A DNA stretch of 56,923 nucleotides, counting the filler, from Circinaria calcarea (taxonomy: Eukaryota): assembly GCA_051942165.1 (NCBI GenBank). It is 6 parts of 6 records of this genome, joined end to end, with 100 filler letters (N's around TTAATTAATTAA, not from the genome) between each part and the next. Parts side by side here need not be neighbours in the genome. Positions count along the whole stretch, not along the records: positions 47,524 to 56,923 come from JAVECS010000944.1; 5 more parts are not named here. One strand, given 5' to 3'. Each line of letters begins with the position of its first letter. Within the stretch, counting starts at the first letter, position 1. Position numbers and translations under genes: made by a program. Positions 48,866-56,923 of this stretch are shown piece by piece. The notes under the pieces are model-generated. The model searched no databases. It saw only the letters and a program-made list of their open reading frames with translations, and was not told the origin of the DNA.

Positions 48866-51800
48866 CTAGGCTTTGAGGGTTTCCGGAATTGAGCTGGTGT
48901 TCAACCGCGTTCTATGCTTTCGGGATTCTGAAATACGCTCCAGCTCCTTTTGTCTGATCTCGGTGATATCCAAGTCTTTTGTGGCACCTTTATCGAGTAA
49001 TAGCTGCACTACTTCATCACAGCCTTCCCTAGCAGCAGCGTACAAAGGTGTTTCACCATCGTTATTTCTTGCTTCAATATCGGCACCGTTATCTAACAGT
49101 ATCTGAACTACATCTTTGGCCCATTCAAGAGCAGCAGCAGCGAATAGAGTTGTTTGACCAGCGTTATTTCTTGCTTCGATATCAGCTCCGTTCTTTAGCA
49201 GTAGCTGCACTATACTATAATGGCCCCATTCAGCAGCGGCGAATAAAGGTGTTTCACCATATTTATCTCTTACTTCAACATTAGCACCGTTCTCTAACAG
49301 TACCCGCACTACATCGTCATTGTGCTCTGTAGCAACAGCACCAGCAGCACCAGCGTGCAAAGGCGTTTGACCAGCGTTATTTCTTGCTCCAATATCAGCT
49401 CCGTTCTTTAGCAGTAGCTGCACTATATTATAATGGCCCCTCTCAGCAGCAGCGTATAAAGGTGTTTCACCATCGTTATTTCTTGCTTCGATATCGGCAC
49501 CATTATCTAAGAATATCCGCACTACACCGTCACTGCGCCATCCAGAAGCAGCGAGGAATAGAGGTGTTTCTCCTCTTTCATTTCTTGCTGCAATATCAGC
49601 TCCGTTCTTTAGCAGTAGCCGCACTACAGCGTCTTCACCACTTTCAGCAGCAGCGTATAAAGGTGTTCCACCGTTTATAACTCTTGCTTCAATTTCAGCT
49701 CCGTTCTTGAGTAGTAGCTGCACTGCATCATCACGGCCCCACTTAGCAGCAACGCATAAAGGCGTTTCGCCATACTTATTTCTTGCTTCGATATCGGCAC
49801 CGTTCTTTAGCAGTAGCCGCACTACTTCATCACAGCCCTCCTTAGCAGCAACGTATAAAGGCGTTTCACCATCCTCATTTCTTGCTTCGACATCGACACC
49901 GTTATCTAACAGTATCTGAACTACACCCTTGCCCCATCTAACAGCAGCAGTGAATAGAGGTGTTCCACCCTTCTTATTTCTTGCTTCGACATCGGCACCG
50001 TTATCTAGTAGTAGCTGAACCAAAGCATCATCGTCTCGCCTAGCAGCAAAATGCAATACTGTCCATTCTTCCGCATCTTTGGCCTTGATATCAGCTCCCC
50101 TTTCTAATAACAACTTAACGATCTCCTTAGTACTAAACTGCACAGCGAAGTGTAGCGGATGTCGCTTGAATGCTTCCCAGTACGGATTGTCCATTTCCTT
50201 GGAGATACCATAGCCTAACCTGGCTTTTCTAGGTGAGATCGTTTCTGCCTCGATATTGGTTCCATCTTCAAGCAACAGCTCCAAAACAGAACCACATCCA
50301 TATACTGCTGCCCAGTGCAGTGCAGTCAATCCTTCACTATCATTTGCTCCTATATCAGCTCCCTCGTCGAGCAGTGTTTTGACCGTTTCTTTCAAGTCAA
50401 AGGAAGCAGCTATGCACAATCCTGGGGTAACGTAGTTGCATCTGCGCTGATATTTTAAATCACTAACAGGATTACTTTCTCGTGATTCTGATTCGAGCAA
50501 CTTCATTTGACTGGAGAAAGAGGCATTGGAAGATTGTACAAGAAACTTTATAATTTCAGGCAGAACCGTTGTTTCAGAGCTGGCATGTGCATGGTGCCCC
50601 CACTTAGCGGCAGCGTATTCCAGGAAAGGGTAAGTCTTGCATCGGTCTGTGAGCTCGTAGAGATCAGAGCAGGAGCCGTCGGCAAACGTCGTAAAAGATA
50701 GGTAAGTGAGACATGTCTTTGCTATATCTGCATGAGCTGTGGGGAAATATCTCGCGCGGGTACGCTCAAGCTCAAAGTACTCTTGAGTTGTGTAATGAAC
50801 CAAACGAATGATATCGCTCTGTTCGTCGATGGTGACGATTCCGGCGCATACAGAGACGAGGAGCTCCTCGTCTGATAAGCCCTCTTCATCCATGTATGTG
50901 TCCGTCGGCTGGACGGCAAGGGCGTGTTTAATCTCCTTGACAGTCAGCGGTCTAAAGGCAAAAGATATCCAAGAGAGAACTCGTTTGGCCAATTCAAAAT
51001 CCCCTGGATCCTGGCTCTCAATACGCTTCATGGTTTCATCATATGTGTGGTTTAACTCCTCGGGCAAGTCGTGCAGGGCCGTACGGACCTCCCGGCGATT
51101 ACGCTTCTTGGCTAGTGAATCAATATGTAGCTATGCGACGAGGAACCTGAAGATAATCAGTAACCTGACATAATCTGTACCAATGTCAATTTCGAGGATA
51201 CGAACATTCCTCGAGCCTTCTCGATGATTGTAGTTATGATTTGCTCTTCCAGGGCGGGATCCGCTTTGACGTGCTGTAACAACCTTGGCTCTTTTTGGAT
51301 TCTAGCCCTGACATATTTTTCAACATCCCCATTATTAGCACGAATTTCTAGCCGTGCATCATTTTCAAAAGAGCGTTCAATCGACACCAGGTATCGTGAG
51401 GTCACCAGTAGCCTGATATGTGGCAGCAAATTCCGAAGCTCAGCAAGGAAATCTACTCTAGTTTCGCCTTTATCGCATTCATCAAGAGCATCGACAATGA
51501 TAAAAACTGTCGAAAGTGCCATTACTTTCGATTGTAGTAACTCTGAGTATTCTGCGAGCAATGGACGTGTTCCCTTGTTAATGTGACTTCTATGCAGGTC
51601 AATGATATTATTGGGTATCTTGCTTTCTGGCTGGATCAGTTGACGCAAAAGACTGGAGATAAGATTGATGAATGTTTGTTCCTGTTCTTTGTAGTTGAAA
51701 TATATGTATGCAATACCAACATCAGTTTGTGTGAATTTCTGCTCCAGGTAGTCGACAACAGTCGAGGCAAGAATAGTCTTGCCGGCACCAGGATCTCCGG

Positions 51801-52449
51801 GGCACCACAAGACCCTTTCGGTCCCATGTAACCAACTTTGGAAGATATCGTCGTCTAACAGCCATGTTCCTGTCCCTTCTTGTCGCCTGCCAAAGATATC
51901 TTGCTGAACAGTCCAGAAATTCAGCGGACTAAGCCAAGACAATATCTTCGTGGTTTCAACGTCTTCATCGCGTTTCTCCTGGTAAGCTTTCAACTGATCA
52001 ATTTTGGTATGAATTGCTTCTGATAGTCCTGCATGATCATTCTGCACCGCAAGGTTGAAGAGACTCTTCTGTCGCTCGATGGTACTAAGTATATCCCTGA
52101 CCTCTTCTTCCTTAAAGGGCCAAACCAAAACCTTTGCATGCTTCCGCCATCCAACCTCGGGCTTGAGATGCCTCGCGAGCGTCTCCAACGCCAGTTTGAA
52201 CTGGGATAGAGGACCGTTGGGACCGTCCAATAATCTGATGGTTATCATCCATTGCCCTCCCGGCTCAGATTCTGCTCGATCCGCCGTGTCTTTCAAAAAT
52301 TGCAGGCAGCCACACAAACTCACCAGTTCGATCAGCAGTCGGTCACGGTATTTCAAAGCATCTTTGACGTCCCTAACGTATTGCACCACGGTTCCTGTCA
52401 ACTGAATGATTGCGATGATGCTACCAACAACCCCTACGGCTTCTGCCAT
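48866..52449 (-). pseudogene. Fungal NLR-like gene (HeLo-like N-terminus + NACHT/nSTAND NTPase + ~14 ankyrin repeats) with one in-frame TAG
   Basis: N-terminus MAEAVGVVGSIIAIIQL, Walker A GDPGAGKT and Walker B FIIVDALDEC. Intron 51205-51147 gives GMFLVA*LHIDSL with TAG at 51133-51131. The rest of the frame is open to 48866. Confidence 0.85.
48975..50065 (-). repeat. Array of ~11 highly similar ~99-bp ankyrin-repeat units
   Basis: The + strand motif tttcttgcttc..atc.gc.ccgtt..tta recurs at ~99-bp spacing. Protein consensus TPLxxAAxxGxxxVVQLLLxNGADIEARNxxG. Confidence 0.92.
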
Positions 52450-53296
52450 GCTGGACTTCGTTGCCCGTTGTTCGAGGGGATTATGATGTGAGGACTCCGG
52501 GGAGCGTAGAATCAGGCAACATTTGAGTAGCCCCGCACAGTGTTCATGCTGTGGAACGTTAAATCAAGGTATGGCGTCCAATCAGGACTTACGAGGTAGA
52601 ACACCTATGATTTATCAATCTCTTACCCAGCGACAAGTCACTAATACAACTCCTCCTATACGCCTCCCTACCATCGCAATACTAAAAAACTTCCCATCTA
52701 TTATCAATCTACCCCCTCCCCCGTAGTCTAATCCCAAGTACAGAACAAAACCCCCATCCCAGACCAAAACAGCCAAACAGCCGCCTACCAGCTTCACTTC
52801 TAACCCTCCAAGCCAGAGCACAAGGTACAAGAGTGACATCAGCACGTAAGTACCGAAAACCCTATACCCAAATACTCCCTACTTCGATCCCCTATTCTAT
52901 CCCTAGACTCCGTCTGTTCTCGCTCCACCTCAAGCTTCGCTATTATGCAGCAGCCAGCCGGAGAGAATTCACGTATTTGGGTGAGTATGAGGTCCAATTG
53001 TGCTGTGAATCTGCTCTATAAGAGATCAGTTGGGGGGGCTTGTCATTCTAAGTACTACTTGTACGCTGCCGCTGGTGAAAGGTTCTAGCTTCGAACGGGA
53101 AAGCCAGGCCCTAATCGCCTTTGTATTTTTTTAAAGCTATTGATTCGCTCTAGCTCGTGGTAGCACAAAGCTTACTCCCCCATTATGGCCGTCTAACGAT
53201 ATAGTAACCAATCCAACTTCCTTCTCCGTCGTCCCTCATGTTCTCCCCGTCATTCTCCATCACCGCAAGATCCTCCTCATTAACCCGCCAGAAGCC

Positions 53297-53819
53297 TCAG
53301 TCGCAAGTATACCCCGCACTCCTATGCACGCAGTAACTGCACAGTCCCCCATCATACACACCCGCATACGCACACACAGACCCGCTACCCTTGGGAATCG
53401 CCGTCGTTCCGATCACGCTATCGGCCGCGCAGCCGTAGCCGTTGTAGAGGGTAAAGGTGCAGTCGCGATCTATACACAAGCCAAGAATCAGCTGATGTTG
53501 GAGGATTCAGGTGGGAAGGACGGGGGAATGGGAGGGGGATTGAAGCACATACGTGGTTGCTGTCCGACTAAATAACTAGAAACGGAAAGCGGGACACAGC
53601 CTGCAGCCGTTGAAAGGGTCTGGTTGAAGGCGACGTACCCGTCGCAGGTGTTACTAGCAGGGACGCCGCCGAAGGTGGTGTTGTAGACCTTTTGGGATTT
53701 GAGGGGGCTGGCGTGGGTGAGAGCGAGGAGGGGAAGGAGGAAAAGCTGGACGAGGGAATTAGAAGGGTTAGGATTTGAAAGAAAGCAGAAGAGGACGGGC
53801 TTACCGCGTTGAAATACAT
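53297..53819 (-). CDS. Small secreted cysteine-rich protein, 126 aa, 8 Cys, three exons
   Basis: Exons 53819-53805, 53745-53553 and 53469-53297 (GTAAGC..CAG and GTATGT..TAG introns) give MYFNALFLLPLLALTHASPL..NTCDG..AGCVP..RDCTF..YGCAA..SVCAY..GLCSYCVHRSAGYTCD. Confidence 0.75.
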
Positions 53820-55340
53820 GGTGACTGAGTTGGGTGTGGATTTAGAGTTGTGGGGAGAAGATTGTTGGGTCGTTTGTGAAAGGCGGTTGGGGTAGTGGTG
53901 AAAGGAGAAAGAAAGGAGGTGGAGGAGTGTTATAGAGCGAGTAATAAGGGGAGCGGCCGGTACGATGGTGTGTCTGACTTTGGGCAATAGCCTCGTATTC
54001 CTCTCTTCAGCATTGACGGAAAGATGAACATGGAAACTCGTGCCTTCGTATATGATGCATCAAAACCCTCGGCTTTAAAATCCACTAGAGGGAAATCGGA
54101 AAAGCCATAGGAACGATTGAATTAAGACGTCACCGTACACAATGTTAATAGGTATCGGAAGTAATACCGTTGTAAGCAGTAAACAGACTCCATTAAGACG
54201 CCGTATACCACATTCGTACTTGGTGGCTACCGCCCGGTACCCACCAAGCTATGGCTGAGGATGTCGTACAGCGAGTAATAGGCTCCCAGCGAACGAGACA
54301 AATACACTTATGCAGTCTTCATTATTGAAGAACATCACAGCCTAGCCCCAATTGATTCGAGAGGCCACACCAATTGCGATCTGAAAGGGCTGAGGAGGCA
54401 AACCAATAAACGGGTTGATGCAGGGACAAAAGGGAAACACGAACCGAGAAAGGGGGAGGAGAAGATCAAAAGACCCGAGACATATTCTAATTCTTGCAGT
54501 ACTGGTAAGCAATCGTAGCCTGTGGTTCCGGTAAACACAGTAAGACTTGATAGCACATGGAAGTGCTATTATGAGGCATATAAAAGTCCTGCGGAAGCTC
54601 CAGGCGAGGCACGGTTAGAAGTCAGTAAGCCATGAGCACAAAAATAGCAACGCCACATGTACAGCTAAGCTTTATCTGATATCTTGGCGTCCAGTTTCGG
54701 GTAAGAAGCTTATTTTGAATAAGAGGGCTGTCACGATCGGCATCCAATTCCGACGTGCATTATCATCACAATGCATGTTGCAGGCTGATGAATCATAACT
54801 GGTGATGATGCGTACCTTAGCTACCTTACTTGTTCATGCTCCGTCCAGAAAGCTCACAATAATTTCAAAAGTCTTCAAGTCAAAAACGGAGAAAAGGTGG
54901 CCTATTCGATGGCCGTTCTAATATTTTCGCCTTACCATATGTTAGGAAAAGAGGTTGGAATAGATTTGCAGCTGGAGTTGTCGCTAGAAACTGTCTAACG
55001 CCGTTGCCAGGCTTACTCTACTATTTGGGGCCAAGACTGATACAACTTGATGTACTCAGTATTGTTACAAAGGTTTATGTTAGTAAAACATGAGTGTAGA
55101 ATTTATAAATGTGAATGTTTGCAAAAGTCAAACCTCGAGTAGTTAACAAAGGTCTCCCATATCAAGCGATTAGGGTTGACGATTGTGGCCGATAAGGGTA
55201 AGTAAGGTGTAGCTCCCCTGGTAGCCTTATGAGCCCGCAAGACGCGGGGCGAAACGGTTCTAAGAGGGTAAAGTAGACGAAGTAGCTACCAGATCTCCGA
55301 ACCAGTGATTAAGCCACCAGTCACTTTTTCGAACTTCACA

Positions 55341-55997
55341 ATGTTCAAGAAGGAGTCTGTAGGCATTGGCCAACCATCTGCGAGCTTGTATGACTGACCA
55401 AAGACACAGGATATCCGCAGGCGCCAAGTCAAAAGTCAAGTCTTCAGTCCAGCGGGCCATCCGAAGCAAAGTCGTCGAGACATACCCCCTACTCGCACCT
55501 CACATCGATGAAATAATACCCAAGAAATCGCAGCTGGACCTCTTGAAGCTGTGAGACCCTGCCAGCCAAGATTGAGCGGTCAATCGTCATGCGCTTACAA
55601 CTGTAGACCTGACCGAGTTTCCCTCTACGCCCTTGACAACCATCCCCTCTTCTGGCAGCATATGGATGATCCGCTAATCCCCCATCTCCGCGTCGTTCAT
55701 GCCTTTCCCAAGTGCTTCTCCAGAATAGGAATAGATAGGGGTGCCATACGATTCGTTCTGTCAGGTGCAACGTTGATGGCACCAGGTCTTACATCTACGG
55801 GCGGCTATCTACCAGACTCTGATGCAGAACTAAAAGAAGGTGATGTTGCTGTTGTTGAAGCGGAGGGAAAGGAGGAAGCGTGTTTGGTGGGTCAGTTAAG
55901 GATGGGAACGGAAGAGATTAAATCCAAGAAGAAGGGCGTCGCTATAGATTCAGGGCACTATCTAGGTGATGGGCTGTGGAACATGACCATTGACTGA
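55341..55997 (+). CDS. TMA20: Translation machinery-associated protein 20 (MCT-1 homologue, PUA domain)
   Basis: MFKKEISAGAKSKVKSSVQRAIR..IIPKK..IPHLRVVH..DRGAIRFVLSGATLMAPGLTS..HYLGDGLW. Introns 55355-55409 and 55551-55606. Confidence 0.92.
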
Positions 55998-56297
55998 TAC
56001 TTTCCCATAGTATGTGAAGTGACTGATCAGAAGTGGGCGTGCAGTATTCATTAATAGTCCGGGTCGAGTCTCCGGGAAGTCGCATCCCTGAGCCTTTCAA
56101 GTGTAGCTTCCAGCAACACGAGAGAACCGTCTATTGAAGCAATATGCTATACAACAAATCTTCCTTTCGCTTTCTTAGAATCATATGACAGTCGTTTCGA
56201 TGCCATTACTGATCATGCGTCATCACCTGTGTGACGATCCGGCCTGGCTGCCCGTGTAGATTCTGTACGCGAACTGAATCTGTCTGTCCCCCGAGTC

Positions 56298-56923
56298 ATG
56301 TATTGGCCATTAGGCGCACCCCGGGTATATGTTGTCAACAAATCTCCAAAGAAGTATACCCAGAGTCCGGAGGCGGAGGAGCCGCAGCAGGAAACAGCGT
56401 CTGAGAATGCCATCATACTTGACCTTCACCTCTCCCGCGCTGGTCATCTATTTGGAACCATAACTCACTCTACTTTGACCATCTGGCAAATCTCTGTACG
56501 TCATATCCTTTACCTTATCAACTAATTCTGACTGATGTATAGCCAGTGGTAGCTCTAGCCTCTGTCGTGCGCTCTCCCTCCTCTCTCCAGACGTACGGTG
56601 CCAATGTAAACGTCCTTCTCCGACCCGATTCCTCCATCGCAGTGGTCCAGACCTCACTCGGTTTCCTCGTGACCTATCACTTAAGCACCGATGCCAATAC
56701 TCGCGTCTATCAACAGGTACAACAAGATGCTTCATTCCGTCGGCGAAGTCTTGCTGCGGGTATTCCAACCGAGGAACGTATCGGCCAGCGCGAGGTTAAT
56801 ATTCGGTTTCGGATGATCATCAAAATAGATGCTGGGATCGATAAGGTGCTGGCACTAGAGGACGAGCTCGTAGTAGCCACGAAGAGGCCTGCAGCGGTAC
56901 AATGCATACGCTGGACGCCAGAT
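56298..56923 (+). CDS. RIC1: RIC1-family protein (Rab6/Ypt6 GEF subunit), N-terminal part
   Basis: MYWPLGAPRVY start. After an intron at ~56496-56542 it reads PVVALASVVRS..YGANV..LRPDS..VVQTSLGFLVTY..FRMIIKIDAGI..LVVATKRPAAVQCIRW. Confidence 0.8.

Noticed and set aside
68..52449. HeLo-like gene on contig 1 and NLR on contig 6 as a linked receptor-effector pair
   Set aside because: They are on different contigs, and no shared amyloid-like signalling motif was seen.

Overview
The window is not one continuous locus. It is six size-sorted contigs (9408, 9406, 9404, 9403, 9402 and 9400 bp) joined by identical artificial 100-nt spacers (44 N + TTAATTAATTAA + 44 N). Five contigs are nuclear DNA of a filamentous ascomycete with GT..AG spliceosomal introns. 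They carry PPX1, an STH1/SNF21-type SNF2 ATPase, a BAR protein, RPL2, a GH31 alpha-glucosidase, TMA20, RIC1, a Tri7-like MBOAT, a HeLo-like/NACHT/ankyrin NLR with one nonsense codon, and several small secreted proteins and microproteins. Contig 3 (19015-28418) is AT-rich fungal mitochondrial DNA read with TGA=Trp. It contains cob split by two group I introns (site 393 with a decayed GIY-YIG ORF, site 429 with an intact LAGLIDADG ORF), an intact 161-aa highly acidic orphan ORF preceded by a duplicated copy of the cob 5' leader, and a degenerate linear-plasmid-type DNA polymerase B. The most unusual signals are the cob-leader-capturing acidic ORF and a recurrent TATATA->TCTAGA substitution pattern in the decaying mitochondrial ORFs. 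All gene models and family calls were made by eye, without searches.
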